DNA of 64,000 bases from a candidate division WOR-1 bacterium RIFOXYB2_FULL_37_13 (GTDB lineage: Bacteria > Margulisbacteria > WOR-1 > XYC2-FULL-46-14 > XYC2-FULL-37-10), in the NCBI GenBank assembly GCA_001771535.1, contig MEUB01000036.1, positions 842 to 64,841 on the forward strand, written 5' to 3'. Made by a program: the position numbers and the translations under genes. Positions within the stretch are counted from its first letter, which is position 1, and the number at the start of each line of letters is the position of its first letter. Shown in pieces: positions 10,221-21,149 of the stretch. The notes below the pieces were generated by a model. That model had not been told where the DNA came from. It ran no database searches and saw only the letters and a list, made by a program, of their open reading frames with translations.

Positions 10221-11498
10221 TCAATAAACAGCAGAAATTGCATCAATGCCAAGATAAGGCTTTAAAATTTGAGGGATAAGAACCGCACCATCTTCTCTTT
10301 GGCAGTTTTCCAAAATTGCCGCAAATGTCCTTCCAACGGCAAGACCTGAACCATTTAAAGTATGAACATATTCAGGCTTTGATCCCGCATCTTTCTTGAA
10401 TTTAATGCCAGCCCGGCGAGCCTGAAAATCCTCAAAATTTGAACAGGATGAAATCTCTCTATATCTTCCCTCAGACGGGAACCATACTTCTATGTCATAT
10501 GTCCTGGCAGAAGAAAAGCCCAAATCTCCCGTACAAAGTTCAACAACTCTGTATGGAAGGTTTAATTTTTGCAAGATCATTTCGGCATTTTTTGTCAAAG
10601 ATTCCAATTCATCGTAAGATTTCGCAGGATCGGTAAATTTCACCAGCTCCACTTTATTAAACTGATGCTGGCGGATTATTCCTTTTGTATCTTTGCCATA
10701 AGAACCGGCTTCTCTTCTGAAACATGGAGAATAAGAACAATATTTTATAGGTAACTTTTTGTAGTCAATAATTTCGTCTCTGTGTAAATTCGTAACAGAA
10801 ACCTCCGCGGTGGGAATAAGATAAAAATCATCGCTGCATTTAAAAAGATCTTCTTCAAATTTGGGTAATTGACCTGTCCCCAGCAAAGAATGCGCCTTGA
10901 CCAAAACCGGAGCCAAAACTTCTTCATAGCCATTTTCTTTGGTATGAACATCAATCATAAAACTAATTAAAGCCCTCTCTAGCGCAGCTCCCAATTTATG
11001 ATAAACAACAAAACGAGCTCCCGACAATTTAACTGCTTCTTTAAAATTAAGGATACCCAAAGCCACGCCTATTTCATCATGAGCTTTTGGTTTAAAAGAA
11101 AAGCTGGGAATATTTCCCCATTTACGAATTTCTTTGTTTGATGATTCATCTTTACCTACAGGCACAGAACTAAAAGGAATATTTGGAATTTGAAAAAGAA
11201 TTTGGTTTAATTCAACTTCAATAGCTCCTAAATCTTCTTCAATTTTCTTTATCTCATCACCTATCAACCTCGTCTTTTCAAGTAAATCATCCGCAGCTTT
11301 CCCCTCCTTCTTCAGTTTGCCTACTTCTTTTGAATTTTCGTTGCGTTGTTTTTTTAAGGTCTCTGCTTTAAAGACTGCTTCCCTCCATTTTTTATCAATA
11401 ACAGCAACCTTGTCTATTAAAGATGTGTCAAATTGGCGATTTTTAAGAGCAGACATTACCTTTTTCGGGTTTTCACGCAAAAGTTTTGAGTCAAGCAT
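10221..11498 (-). CDS. serS: Seryl-tRNA synthetase
   Basis: [11 protein letters not shown]-terminal coiled-coil arm and class II core motifs ([16 protein letters not shown]). Confidence 0.95.
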   Translation of the reverse strand: MLDSKLLRENPKKVMSALKNRQFDTSLIDKVAVIDKKWREAVFKAETLKKQRNENSKEVGKLKKEGKAADDLLEKTRLIGDEIKKIEEDLGAIEVELNQILFQIPNIPFSSVPVGKDESSNKEIRKWGNIPSFSFKPKAHDEIGVALGILNFKEAVKLSGARFVVYHKLGAALERALISFMIDVHTKENGYEEVLAPVLVKAHSLLGTGQLPKFEEDLFKCSDDFYLIPTAEVSVTNLHRDEIIDYKKLPIKYCSYSPCFRREAGSYGKDTKGIIRQHQFNKVELVKFTDPAKSYDELESLTKNAEMILQKLNLPYRVVELCTGDLGFSSARTYDIEVWFPSEGRYREISSCSNFEDFQARRAGIKFKKDAGSKPEYVHTLNGSGLAVGRTFAAILENCQREDGAVLIPQILKPYLGIDAISAVY

Positions 11499-11540
11499 AA
11501 AAATAGTATACCTTATTGAAAATTCGAGGTCAAAGAAAAT

Positions 11541-12017
11541 TTAAACTTTTTTATGTATCAAGGCAACCGCATATGCGGCGATTCCTTCTTTTTGCCCCGT
11601 AAACCCCATCCCCTCTTCGGTCTTGCCTTTAATATTGATCCTGCTTGTTTCTATTTCAAGAATTCCTGATAAAATTTCACACATTTTAGAAACATAAAGC
11701 TTGAGCTTGGGTTCTTCACAAACAACAGTTGAATCAATGTTGCTTATCATATAACCATTATCACTAATTTTTCTCACAACTGTTGATAACAGCTCAAGGC
11801 TTGAGATATCTTTATACTTTGGATCGGTATCCGGGAAAAAGTCCCCAATACTACCCAAACCCATCGCACCAATTAAAGCATCGATAATAGCATGAGTTAA
11901 AACATCGGCATCGGAATGTCCAAGTAACCCTTTTTTATGAGGGATTTCAACCCCTCCCAAAATAAGTTTGCGGTCATTTACAAGCTTATGAGCATCGTAG
12001 CCTATCCCTATTCGCAT
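11541..12017 (-). CDS. ispF: 2-C-methyl-D-erythritol 2,4-cyclodiphosphate synthase
   Basis: [12 protein letters not shown] and [19 protein letters not shown] motifs. Confidence 0.95.
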   Translation of the reverse strand: MRIGIGYDAHKLVNDRKLILGGVEIPHKKGLLGHSDADVLTHAIIDALIGAMGLGSIGDFFPDTDPKYKDISSLELLSTVVRKISDNGYMISNIDSTVVCEEPKLKLYVSKMCEILSGILEIETSRINIKGKTEEGMGFTGQKEGIAAYAVALIHKKV

Positions 12018-13201
12018 TTAACCCTCACAAATTTTCTTTTACCCACTTGAATCACTTTTTCTGACGTTAAATCAATAACGGTTTTTTCATCGTTTAAAAC
12101 TTTTTCGGAAACTTTTACCCCACCTTGTTTTATAAGGCGCTTAGCTTCACCATTTGATTCAGCCAATCCCGATTCTACGATAATTTTCACAATATCAATA
12201 TTTTTCTCTTTAAACGTCTTCAAAACAATATCCGTCGGCAAATTTTTATTAGAAAATACTTTCTCAAATTCTTTTTGAGCTTTTGTCGCATCATTTTCAG
12301 AATAGAACCTTGCAACAATTATTTTCGCAAGACGTTTCTTTGCTTCCATGGGATGCATTGTTTTAACTTCATCCAAAGAGATATCTGTTAAAAGTTCATA
12401 ATATTTAAGCATTAGTGTATCCGATATAGAAAGCACCTTTCCAAAAATTTCGGAAGGCGGCTCTGTGACTCCAATGTAGTTACCTAGCGATTTGCTCATT
12501 TTCTGAACACCGTCTAATCCCTCAAGAATTGGCATTGTTAAAACAACTTGAGATTTTTTGCCATATTCTCTTTGAAGCTGCCTGCCAACAATCATATTAA
12601 ACTTTTGGTCAGTACCACCAACTTCAACATCAGCATCAAGGACAACGGAATCATATCCTTGCATAAGCGGGTAACTAAATTCATGAACAGCTATCGATTG
12701 TTCGTTTTTGAATCTTTTTTCAAAATCGTCCCTTTCAAGCATTCTCGCGACAGTATATTTGCTTGAAAGCTTGATTGAATCTTCAAAGCTCATTTTTTTG
12801 AACCATTCACTATTGTAAACAACTTTTGTTTTTGATTTGTCTAGTATTTTAAAAACTTGAGACTGATAAGTTTTCGCGTTTTTTTCTATATCTTCTTTTG
12901 ATAAAGGCTTTCTTGTCTCAGATTTTCCGGTAGGATCTCCTATCATCGCGGTAAAATCACCGATTAAAAAAACAACTTCATGACCTAAGTCTTGGAATTG
13001 TTTTAGTTTATTTAAAACAACTGTATGGCCCAAATGAATATCAGGAGCAGAAGGATCGGCACCAAACTTTATACGAAGCGGTCTGTTTTCTTTGAGCTTT
13101 TCTACAAGCGCATTTTCCGGGATAAGCTCAACAATCCCCTTTTTTATTATTTTTAATTGACTATCAATTGAATGTTTCATTAAACTTTTAAATTTTAACA
13201 T
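12008..13201 (-). CDS. tyrS: Tyrosyl-tRNA synthetase
   Basis: HLGH (HIGH) and KMSKS motifs, with a C-terminal S4-like domain. Confidence 0.95.
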   Translation of the reverse strand: MLKFKSLMKHSIDSQLKIIKKGIVELIPENALVEKLKENRPLRIKFGADPSAPDIHLGHTVVLNKLKQFQDLGHEVVFLIGDFTAMIGDPTGKSETRKPLSKEDIEKNAKTYQSQVFKILDKSKTKVVYNSEWFKKMSFEDSIKLSSKYTVARMLERDDFEKRFKNEQSIAVHEFSYPLMQGYDSVVLDADVEVGGTDQKFNMIVGRQLQREYGKKSQVVLTMPILEGLDGVQKMSKSLGNYIGVTEPPSEIFGKVLSISDTLMLKYYELLTDISLDEVKTMHPMEAKKRLAKIIVARFYSENDATKAQKEFEKVFSNKNLPTDIVLKTFKEKNIDIVKIIVESGLAESNGEAKRLIKQGGVKVSEKVLNDEKTVIDLTSEKVIQVGKRKFVRVKCE

Positions 13202-13239
13202 ATTTAATGAAAGAAATAAAAGATATCATTTATTTATAA

Positions 13240-16200
13240 CTAAAGGTTAATTTCAACATTGCCGGATAATTCAGAAGTTTTATAGCTCGGAAAGGTACTG
13301 ATTTCCGATTCAGCGCGAACTGCTACATGCAAAAAACTGTAAAAATCATACTTCCCCCTCAAGCTTAAATTAGTCTTTTCGGAATTTGTTCCGACATAAG
13401 ATTTGGCATATGAATAGTTTCCATCCAACCTGAATTGCCCCGGCAAAGAAAAGGTAAATCCGGCACCTGGAGCAAGAGTATATGTGTCTCTATTATCCGC
13501 AAGCAGAAAATTTGTAAGTTGTGAATAAGAATAAGAAGCATTTAATGCCAAAAAACTATTAATATTTAATATCCCTTTAAGGGATATCGTTTGAGTTAAC
13601 AGATTTTGGGCATTATCGAAAGATTCTTCCGTCCCTGTTTTTGAAATCTGGTAAGAGTAATTGCTGTCAATAGCAAATTTTTCGGTAAGGGGGGTTTTGA
13701 TTACCGCGGTTAGTCCCCTGTTTTGGATATTATTTTTTTGATAAGCCGCCGCCTCTGAAGTGGAAGTTAGTATCAAGGAAACCCTATCTTCTTTTGTATA
13801 GTCAAATTCACAGGAAAGAAAATTAAGAGGGGCTGTTTTTATTGAATAAATCGCGGTAGTTGAGTCTTCCACGTTTTGGTTCCTTAAATAGGAAGGGAAA
13901 TCGGTCTTATCAATATTAAAACCGTTTACCGTTTGCAAAGAATAACCTAAAACAGTCGAATTAAATATAAACCAATTAGACTCAATTTGATTGGTCAAAT
14001 TGCTGTAAGCTGGCCTTTGTGTCCTAGTTAATAAAGTCATATTGGGTCTGTAATAATATCGCAGCCTCAAATTACTGAAAGGATTTATCTCAAAACGCAA
14101 AGAACCTTCTTCTTTGCGAACTCCTTCCTCTGTCACTCCAAATGTCTCTTTTAAAGAACTTACCGCATATTGTCCGTCTGTTTTTAAAAATCCAAACAAT
14201 TGCGCCTTATAAGAAAAATCACTGACTTGCGTTATTCCATCTTTTGTATCATCAATATAGTTCAAAGAACCCGCAAGCATGTATTCCCTCGTGGGGGAAG
14301 CCGATAATTTCAAGATATATGTCTTTTTATAGGAATCATTATCATTAAAGGTGCCATCTGTCTCTCTTAATTCCACATTACCGGAGGCCAAGAATTTTTC
14401 CTGAGGTGCTAAAGATATTCCCGCATTTAAAGTTTTGTAAACAATAGTTTCTTCAGTCGGAGTTCTGCTAAGCCTCTTTTCTTTATCTCCCGTTACAGCG
14501 GCTTGAAATATTCCCATATCATGCCTTATTTGCAAAGAATCTTTAATCGTTAAACGATCGATCGGGGTTCCTGAAACAGGATCATTGCTTTCCAGTATTT
14601 CCTTGTAAATATATTCAAAAGAAGGATATGCGGGTTGGGAAAGCCTTACCCTTCCCATCTTATCAACTGTCTTATACCTTGTTTCTTCCTGCAAATAATC
14701 TGAGTTGGAAAACGAGCCTTCCGCCAGCAACACAGAATTAGGCTGAAAACTGAGCAAAGTTAAATATTCCGTTAAATCCTGCCTTGGCTTAGCATCTCCA
14801 ACTGCGGCAAAATTCAATCCTACTCTTTTGAATTTTCCTCTAAGATTAAAAGGGCCAAAGGCAGACACAGCATCAAGTTTTGCGGCGCGCCCAATATCTT
14901 TTAAGTCCGGATCTGATAGTAATTTATTTTTCTTCTGAGAATATGCGACCTCTCCCTGCATATTAATTAAATCCTGATAAGCAAAAGCACCATCCGCCCC
15001 AATAATTAAATGGCTTTGAGGCTCTATGGACGCGCTTTGAGCAATATTTGCGGCATTATTTAAGCTATCCAGATCATTTATGTATGTTGCTCCGATTTTA
15101 AGGTTGGGCAAAGGATAAAGTTTTCCGCGAAGAGCATAAGTTGAATGCTGATAAATAGTCTCCCTAAAATCATAATGTATGCTTATGATCGACTCTTTCG
15201 GAATTGTTTTATTTTTAAAGGTTATAGTTCCTGCCTGATAATCTATATCATAATCATTTCCTCGTTTTTGTGAAATGCCGTTAACTTCAACTCTTTCCGA
15301 ATCTATAACAACAGGGAAAAAACCGAGATTATAAGGGCCTTGAGTTCCATTGCCATACATCTTTATAAATTTGGATTCACCTTTTGGAGCAGCGGCAAGC
15401 ATTTTAAATCCCCATTTGTCATATTCACCCTCAACCCTGACACCGGACAAAACATTATTAATAGAAGAAAATTCAAGATCATCCATTTTCGGAGTATAAT
15501 TGCCAAGGTATGCTTCTGTTGACCCATTCTTTAACAAAATACTGACATTTTCTTCTCTTGAAGAGACTTCGTTAATGCCTAAAACTGAAGAAGAAAAAAA
15601 GGTCGCATCTATATCGGTGTCCTGCAATTTGCCGGCGATGCTGACGCGCAAAGATTCTTCACGGCTAACTCCGGGCAAAAACCCTTCTTTTGTCCCTTCA
15701 ATGTTTTTTGACGAGAAAGAAAAAACACGGTCTCCGCTAATAAGTAATGGAGAAGAACCCTGTTGCGTCAAAGTCTCACTTTCTTTTTCCTTTAAAGTAA
15801 AAAGCGTTGGTTGCCCTTCTATTTGAGACTTTTTTGATAAAGTATCTGACAGAACAGATTCTTCCGGCCCAAAAACCGACATAACATCTTTTACTGTTAC
15901 CTCATCCTCCTTTTTTGCTCCCGATTTGAGAACCTCTTTTATTTCAGTATCAATAGGGAACGCACGATACCACATTTTTCCGACAAAAAGCTTTTCTGCC
16001 TTTTTAGAAGGAGATGGAATGCTAAAAAATTGAAGGAATTTATTATAAGCTGATATATTTTCGATTTCTGTCTTGTATTTGATATGGATAGATAAAAGCC
16101 TCCATCCATAAGGAGGTTTTTTGCTGGCAACAAACTTTCCAACCCATTTTTTGCCTTTTTCCTCGAGTTTTATTTTTTCTCCATTACTTAAGGATAGCCA

Positions 16201-16443
16201 AACTTCATTGGCAGCCAAATCGGTTGCAACCCTAACCTGTGTCTCCTGTCCAATAATAAGAGGATAAACAGGTTGAAAGTTTATTGAAAAGTGAGAAGAG
16301 GAATATTCTTCTTTAAAAGGAATATCCCTAAGGTCGGCAAAAGCAAATGAGCCGCATAAAAGGACAAAAAAACCCGTCAATAAGGCCTTTTTTAAAACTC
16401 TTATAATTACACAACTATTTATTGAAAATAAACTACTGGTCAT
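13240..16443 (-). CDS. Large secreted/outer-membrane beta-barrel-like protein (1067 aa)
   Basis: N-terminal signal-like segment (LLTGFFVLLCGSFAFA). The C-terminal about 600 aa is rich in alternating Y/S/N/G beta-strand patterns. No named family recognised. Confidence 0.55.
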   Translation of the reverse strand: MTSSLFSINSCVIIRVLKKALLTGFFVLLCGSFAFADLRDIPFKEEYSSSHFSINFQPVYPLIIGQETQVRVATDLAANEVWLSLSNGEKIKLEEKGKKWVGKFVASKKPPYGWRLLSIHIKYKTEIENISAYNKFLQFFSIPSPSKKAEKLFVGKMWYRAFPIDTEIKEVLKSGAKKEDEVTVKDVMSVFGPEESVLSDTLSKKSQIEGQPTLFTLKEKESETLTQQGSSPLLISGDRVFSFSSKNIEGTKEGFLPGVSREESLRVSIAGKLQDTDIDATFFSSSVLGINEVSSREENVSILLKNGSTEAYLGNYTPKMDDLEFSSINNVLSGVRVEGEYDKWGFKMLAAAPKGESKFIKMYGNGTQGPYNLGFFPVVIDSERVEVNGISQKRGNDYDIDYQAGTITFKNKTIPKESIISIHYDFRETIYQHSTYALRGKLYPLPNLKIGATYINDLDSLNNAANIAQSASIEPQSHLIIGADGAFAYQDLINMQGEVAYSQKKNKLLSDPDLKDIGRAAKLDAVSAFGPFNLRGKFKRVGLNFAAVGDAKPRQDLTEYLTLLSFQPNSVLLAEGSFSNSDYLQEETRYKTVDKMGRVRLSQPAYPSFEYIYKEILESNDPVSGTPIDRLTIKDSLQIRHDMGIFQAAVTGDKEKRLSRTPTEETIVYKTLNAGISLAPQEKFLASGNVELRETDGTFNDNDSYKKTYILKLSASPTREYMLAGSLNYIDDTKDGITQVSDFSYKAQLFGFLKTDGQYAVSSLKETFGVTEEGVRKEEGSLRFEINPFSNLRLRYYYRPNMTLLTRTQRPAYSNLTNQIESNWFIFNSTVLGYSLQTVNGFNIDKTDFPSYLRNQNVEDSTTAIYSIKTAPLNFLSCEFDYTKEDRVSLILTSTSEAAAYQKNNIQNRGLTAVIKTPLTEKFAIDSNYSYQISKTGTEESFDNAQNLLTQTISLKGILNINSFLALNASYSYSQLTNFLLADNRDTYTLAPGAGFTFSLPGQFRLDGNYSYAKSYVGTNSEKTNLSLRGKYDFYSFLHVAVRAESEISTFPSYKTSELSGNVEINL

Positions 16444-16475
16444 TTAAAACATGATGTGGTTTTTATTTGGATCAG

Positions 16476-17468
16476 TTAATTATCAGAAGAAAAAATCTTT
16501 AATTTCACTATTCTTTGGTTGTCTGTATCAGCAATATAAATTTCACCGTTTTTGGAAACAGTAATTCCTGTCGGGTTATTAAGCTCCCCTTTTTTATATC
16601 CACGCGCGCCAAAGGAATATAAAAATCTGCCCATTTTATCAAACATCTGCACGCGGTTATTTCTGGAATCAGCAACATAAATATATTTATTGTCTATTGC
16701 GATTCCCTTGGGAGCGTTAAATTCCCCCTTCTCTTTTCCAGCCTTTCCAAAAGAAAAAACGGGCTTCCCATATTCGTCAATTTTTTGGATCCTGTTATTC
16801 CCAGTATCTACAACATAGATTGATCCATCTTGGTCAACAACCACATCAAAGGGGGAATCAAAAAAACCATCACCCCGCCCAAAGCCTCCTATAACTTCTA
16901 CAAAATTCCCCATACTGTCAAATTTTTGGATCCTGTCATTGCCTGAATCAGCAACATAAACATGTCCTGAAGTATCAAGTGCCAACCCTTTTGGATAGAT
17001 AAATTGGCCGTTTTGCTTGCCATAATCGCCAAATTCAAGAACAGGGTTTCCCCTTATATCAAATTTTTGGATCCTGTTGTTTTCCTGATCTGCCACATAA
17101 ATGTAAAAATTGAAATCCACAACAATACCTGACGGGATATTAAATTGGCCGCTTGACGAGCCAAACTTGCCAAATTGATAAGAGAAAATGCCATTACGCT
17201 GCAGTCTTTGAATCCGATTATTGCCTGTGTCTGCGACAAAAAGATCCCCGAGCTGAGTCTCAATATCTCCAACAAAAGAGATATAAACATCCTGCGGAAA
17301 ATAGAATTGTCCGTCTCCTGATCCGGGAAAACCGATTTCATCCACATAAACAATCTCTACCTTATCAGTATGAGACAACGTTGCATTATCCAAAGTGGGT
17401 GCAATACCAAGAGAATATACAGGTAAAACCAAAAAACTCATGAAAATAAAAGCAAACAGATTTCTCAT
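16476..17468 (-). CDS. NHL-repeat beta-propeller protein, secreted
   Basis: Signal peptide plus six repeats of VADxxNNRIQKF(D) with GxxxGQFxxPxGI. Confidence 0.85.
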   Translation of the reverse strand: MRNLFAFIFMSFLVLPVYSLGIAPTLDNATLSHTDKVEIVYVDEIGFPGSGDGQFYFPQDVYISFVGDIETQLGDLFVADTGNNRIQRLQRNGIFSYQFGKFGSSSGQFNIPSGIVVDFNFYIYVADQENNRIQKFDIRGNPVLEFGDYGKQNGQFIYPKGLALDTSGHVYVADSGNDRIQKFDSMGNFVEVIGGFGRGDGFFDSPFDVVVDQDGSIYVVDTGNNRIQKIDEYGKPVFSFGKAGKEKGEFNAPKGIAIDNKYIYVADSRNNRVQMFDKMGRFLYSFGARGYKKGELNNPTGITVSKNGEIYIADTDNQRIVKLKIFSSDN

Positions 17469-17512
17469 TAACGTTATTTTACCTCTTATGACAGGAAGGT
17501 TGCAACAACATA

Positions 17513-17800
17513 TTATAGGCAGCAGAGGGCGGTAGAAACAGCGCCTTCAATTGAATTAAAAAAACTTTTCAATAAAGGTTTTATATGCGGTTCAGTTTTG
17601 AATTCAGAAAAAATGAAAATATGCTCTTTAAGTTCTAATATAACAGATCTGGCATCTTCCGCGGAATGAGTAATTGATATTTTTGATATTTCTGTAATAA
17701 CCCTATCTTCCAATTCAAACAAATGTTCGGGTTTACTTATTTTAAGCTCTTTTAAAAACTTTACAAACCCTTCTGTCAAACTCTTGTTTTTGGAATTCAT
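17513..17800 (-). CDS. Hypothetical protein (95 aa)
   Basis: ORF only. Confidence 0.35.
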   Translation of the reverse strand: MNSKNKSLTEGFVKFLKELKISKPEHLFELEDRVITEISKISITHSAEDARSVILELKEHIFIFSEFKTEPHIKPLLKSFFNSIEGAVSTALCCL

Positions 17801-17862
17801 AATTCTCTCCTTGTTTCCTACATATATATCGTAAAAAACAAGCGAGAATTTCGGTTTTTTTA

Positions 17863-19215
17863 TTACTCAATACACGGAAGATTTTTTAGTGCCTCTTCAA
17901 CGCTTTCTTTAGGATATTCGTAATCTGTTAGTTTCCCTGAAAGATAGGCTTCATAAGAAGCAAGGTCAAAGTTTCCATGACCTGATAAATTAAATACAAT
18001 AACCTTTTCGCCTCCGGTTTTTGCTTCCTCAATTGCCGCCTTAATAGCATGACTGCTTTCAGGCGCAGGGAGGATTCCTTCCGCTTTTGCAAAAAGCACG
18101 GCCGCTTCAAAACATTCTGTTTGATGATAAGCTTTTGCTTCAACTATTTTGTCTTTTACTAAATTTGCAAGAAGCGGAGCTGTTCCATGATAACGAAGTC
18201 CCCCTGCATGAATTCCAGGAGGCATAAAAGAATGTCCAAGAGTATACATTTTAACAAGAGGGGTCAGCCCTACCGTATCACCAAAATCATATCTAAAGTC
18301 TCCCTTTGTAAGACTTGGGCAGGACATCGGTTCTACTGCTATAAGTTTCATGTCAGGATTCGCATATTTATCTTTTAAAAAAGGAAGAGCAATCCCTGCA
18401 AAGTTAGAGCCTCCACCAACACAGGCAATTATAGCGTCCACTTTCTTTTCGCCTGCAAGCTTAAGTTGTTCTTTGGTTTCCAACCCAATTACGGTTTGAT
18501 GAAGCAATACATGATTTAAAACGCTTCCAAGAGTATATTTGGCGCTAGGATCAGAGACCGCGACTTCAACAGCTTCTGATATAGCAATGCCCAAACTTCC
18601 CAAAGAATTTGCGTCAGCTTCAAGGATTTTTCTTCCCGAATTTGTAAGATTTGAAGGAGATGCATGAACGGTAGCCCCCCACACTTGCATTAAATTCTTA
18701 CGATAAGGCTTTTGCTGATAGCTTACCTTTACCATAAAAACTTCGCAAACAAGTCCGAAAATATTACAGGCAAAAGATAACGCAGAACCCCACTGTCCTG
18801 CACCTGTTTCAGTTGTTAATTTTTTTACGCCTTCCTGCTTATTGTAATAGGCTTGAGGAATTGCCGTGTTAACTTTATGCGAACCCGCAGGAGAAAGACT
18901 TTCGTTTTTATAGTAAATGCGTGCTTTGGTCTTTAATGCCTTTTCCAAATTATATGCGCGATGAAGAGGAGACGGTCTCCATAGTTTATAAATTTCGAGA
19001 ACATCATTAGGAATTTCAATCCAAGGTTCGGGAGACATCTCCTGTTTTATAAGCTCCATGGGAAATAGCAGTGCCAAATCCGCAGGTCCTATTGGCTGAT
19101 GTGTCCCTGGATGAAGCGGAGGCGCAAGAGGAGTTTTTAAATCCGGCAGTGCGTTATACCATCTTTTTGGAATCTCATCCTCACGAAGCACTATTCTATA
19201 TTTATCTGACATCAT
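17863..19215 (-). CDS. trpB: Tryptophan synthase beta chain, TrpB2 (long) type
   Basis: [17 protein letters not shown]-terminus typical of TrpB2, PLP-lysine region [23 protein letters not shown] before ATG 19215; the track start 19278 lies in the heptamer repeat. Confidence 0.9.
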   Translation of the reverse strand: MMSDKYRIVLREDEIPKRWYNALPDLKTPLAPPLHPGTHQPIGPADLALLFPMELIKQEMSPEPWIEIPNDVLEIYKLWRPSPLHRAYNLEKALKTKARIYYKNESLSPAGSHKVNTAIPQAYYNKQEGVKKLTTETGAGQWGSALSFACNIFGLVCEVFMVKVSYQQKPYRKNLMQVWGATVHASPSNLTNSGRKILEADANSLGSLGIAISEAVEVAVSDPSAKYTLGSVLNHVLLHQTVIGLETKEQLKLAGEKKVDAIIACVGGGSNFAGIALPFLKDKYANPDMKLIAVEPMSCPSLTKGDFRYDFGDTVGLTPLVKMYTLGHSFMPPGIHAGGLRYHGTAPLLANLVKDKIVEAKAYHQTECFEAAVLFAKAEGILPAPESSHAIKAAIEEAKTGGEKVIVFNLSGHGNFDLASYEAYLSGKLTDYEYPKESVEEALKNLPCIE

Positions 19216-19237
19216 GTCCCCCTTTAAAAAAATACAT

Positions 19238-20038
19238 TCATTGGAAATTGGACATTGGAAATTGGAAATTGTTCCCAAACATCTCTCTCATCTTACCCAA
19301 TACATCTTCACTTTTCAACAAGCTCTCCCCTATTAGGACGGCAGAAAAGCCGGCAGACTTGAGTTCGTCTATTTGAGATTTCTCGCTTATACCGCTTTCA
19401 GAGACCAAAATCCTTGATTTGAGTTCTGGGAATTTATCCAGCAATTTTAAAGAATTATTAAAATCGACTTTTAGAGTATCAAGGTTCCTGTTGTTTATTC
19501 CTACAATATCACAATTTAAAGACAATGCTTTTTCAATATCATATTCATCGTGAGTTTCAAGAAGGACTTGGAGCCCAAGCTCTTTAGCTTTTTCAAGGAA
19601 TCTTGAAAGATCAGGCAATTCTAAAATCCTAGCAATAAGCAGAATTGCATCAGCCCCTGCAATGCGCGATTCTGTTATTTGAAGTTCATCTATTATAAAA
19701 TCTTTGCGGAAAACAGGAAGTTTTACCGCGGCTCTTACCTGTTTTAGAAAGCCTATTTCACCTTGAAAATATGTTTTGTCGGTAAGAACAGATATTGCAA
19801 AGGCACCTGAAGATTCGTACTGTTTGGCAATTGAAACGGGATCAAAGTTTTTGACAATAATACCAGCGGAAGGAGAGGCTTTTTTGATTTCGGCAATAAG
19901 GGAAATTTTATTTTCTTGATTGATGGAAGACTTAAAGTCCCGCAAGTTAGGATCAAACTCCGTCTTAGCTGTTGCCAATCTTTCTTTTAAAGCTTCGATC
20001 TCTTTTCTTTTAGTTAAAATTATTTCATCGAGGATCAT
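19238..20038 (-). CDS. trpC: Indole-3-glycerol-phosphate synthase
   Basis: [29 protein letters not shown] motifs. The last about 11 codons ([11 protein letters not shown]) are encoded by the heptamer repeat. Confidence 0.9.
   Translation of the reverse strand: MILDEIILTKRKEIEALKERLATAKTEFDPNLRDFKSSINQENKISLIAEIKKASPSAGIIVKNFDPVSIAKQYESSGAFAISVLTDKTYFQGEIGFLKQVRAAVKLPVFRKDFIIDELQITESRIAGADAILLIARILELPDLSRFLEKAKELGLQVLLETHDEYDIEKALSLNCDIVGINNRNLDTLKVDFNNSLKLLDKFPELKSRILVSESGISEKSQIDELKSAGFSAVLIGESLLKSEDVLGKMREMFGNNFQFPMSNFQ
19240..19271 (-). repeat. Heptanucleotide tandem repeat NTCCAAT (about 4.5 units, read on the minus strand)
   Basis: Plus strand reads ATTGGAA ATTGGAC ATTGGAA ATTGGAA ATTG. 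Same unit and coding-strand orientation as the array at 33935-33990. Confidence 0.85.
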
Positions 20039-20111
20039 TTAAGGCTATTATAATCAACTTCTTAGCTTGCGTCCATCTCTTATGAAGTTTATAATATATT
20101 AGAGGTGTTTT

Positions 20112-20477
20112 ATGTCAACTTTAGCAGATTATAAAAAGTTTTGGTCAAGAAAATTCAAAGAAGACGAAAAAGCAAAAAAGAAGAAAATAAAACTTTTTAA
20201 GCAGCTTGCATCTGATGCAGCAAATATTTTAATAAAAGATTTTAAAGCCAAAAAGGTTTATCTCTTTGGATCAACTTTGGATGAAAAAATCTTTCATGAA
20301 AAATCAGACATAGATTTGGCAGTTGAAGGATTAAATCCTAAAATACATTTTTCCGCATTATCTGAAATAAAAAAACTGCTTTTTAAAAAAGCAAATGTAG
20401 ATCTTGTCCCTATGGAAGATGCATCGGAAGCACTTAAAGCATTAATTTTCAAAAAGGGAGAAATCTTATATGGCTAA
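20112..20477 (+). CDS. MNT-type nucleotidyltransferase (antitoxin-like)
   Basis: LFGSTL...SDIDLAV minimal nucleotidyltransferase GS-x(n)-DxD motif, 121 aa, overlaps the downstream partner. Confidence 0.75.
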   Translation: MSTLADYKKFWSRKFKEDEKAKKKKIKLFKQLASDAANILIKDFKAKKVYLFGSTLDEKIFHEKSDIDLAVEGLNPKIHFSALSEIKKLLFKKANVDLVPMEDASEALKALIFKKGEILYG

Positions 20478-20943
20478 ATTTGAAGGACTGATTATAGATA
20501 TAGATTTAGAACTTCAAAATCTTGATCGATTAACTATGGAGCTTGGTCAAACAACACAAGAGATAAAAGAGATTCCGGATTATACGCAGATAAGAGCTAT
20601 TGGCAGTATTTTACATGATTTTTATACAGGACTTGAGAAAATTTTTGAAAGAATCGCGTTAACCATAGATGGAGGAGTTCCTGAAGGTGATGATTGGCAT
20701 ATTCAACTTTTACGCCGAATGCTTGCCAATATTCCAGACCGCAGACCTGCCTTATTTACAAAAAATGTTGGAGAGTCTTTAGGCGAATATCTTAGCTTTA
20801 GACATCTTTTTAGAAATATTTATGGTTTTGAATTAAAATGGGAGCGTATGAGTCCTCTTGTTGAAAAATTCCCTTCTGTTTTCAAAGAAGTTGAATCTCA
20901 ACTTATGAAGTTTATAAACTTCATATCAGAAATACAAAATTAA
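20470..20943 (+). CDS. HEPN/HepT-like partner of the MNT protein
   Basis: Genetic pairing with MNT. LSFRHLFRNIYGFELKWE resembles HepT-like FRHxxRHxYxF segments from memory, but the expected His reads Asn. Confidence 0.5.
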   Translation: MAKFEGLIIDIDLELQNLDRLTMELGQTTQEIKEIPDYTQIRAIGSILHDFYTGLEKIFERIALTIDGGVPEGDDWHIQLLRRMLANIPDRRPALFTKNVGESLGEYLSFRHLFRNIYGFELKWERMSPLVEKFPSVFKEVESQLMKFINFISEIQN

Positions 20944-20987
20944 GTATAAGAATCCTCATTCACTTAATACCTTTTTTAAAAAATAAC

Positions 20988-21073
20988 CTGAAATTTTTCA
21001 AAAACCATCATGATACTCTCACAAGTTAGGGAGGAAGGGGCCAAGAGGAAAAGAAATCAAGGAGGGAACAATG
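20988..21073 (+). repeat. Copy A of an about 80-nt repeated 5-prime leader (RBS plus ATGACA start)
   Basis: GAAATTTTTCAAAAACCATCATGATACTCTCACAAGTTAGGGAGGAAGGGGCCAAG...AAGGAGGGAACAATGACA aligns with 25953-26030. Confidence 0.8.
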
Positions 21074-21149
21074 ACAAAGCCTGTAACAAAAACATCAAGA
21101 CCTAACCAAAGAACTCAAAGATGGCACAAGGAAAACCATAAAATGTTTT

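Noticed and set aside
11499-13239. T-box or other leader riboswitches upstream of serS and tyrS
   Set aside because: The intergenic spacers (about 40 nt) are far too short for a T-box leader, and no specifier or T-box sequence was seen.
19216-19278. Extended N-terminus of trpB2 ([21 protein letters not shown])
   Set aside because: It is encoded by the heptamer repeat and overlaps the trpC 3-prime end. A G-rich RBS directly precedes ATG 19215.
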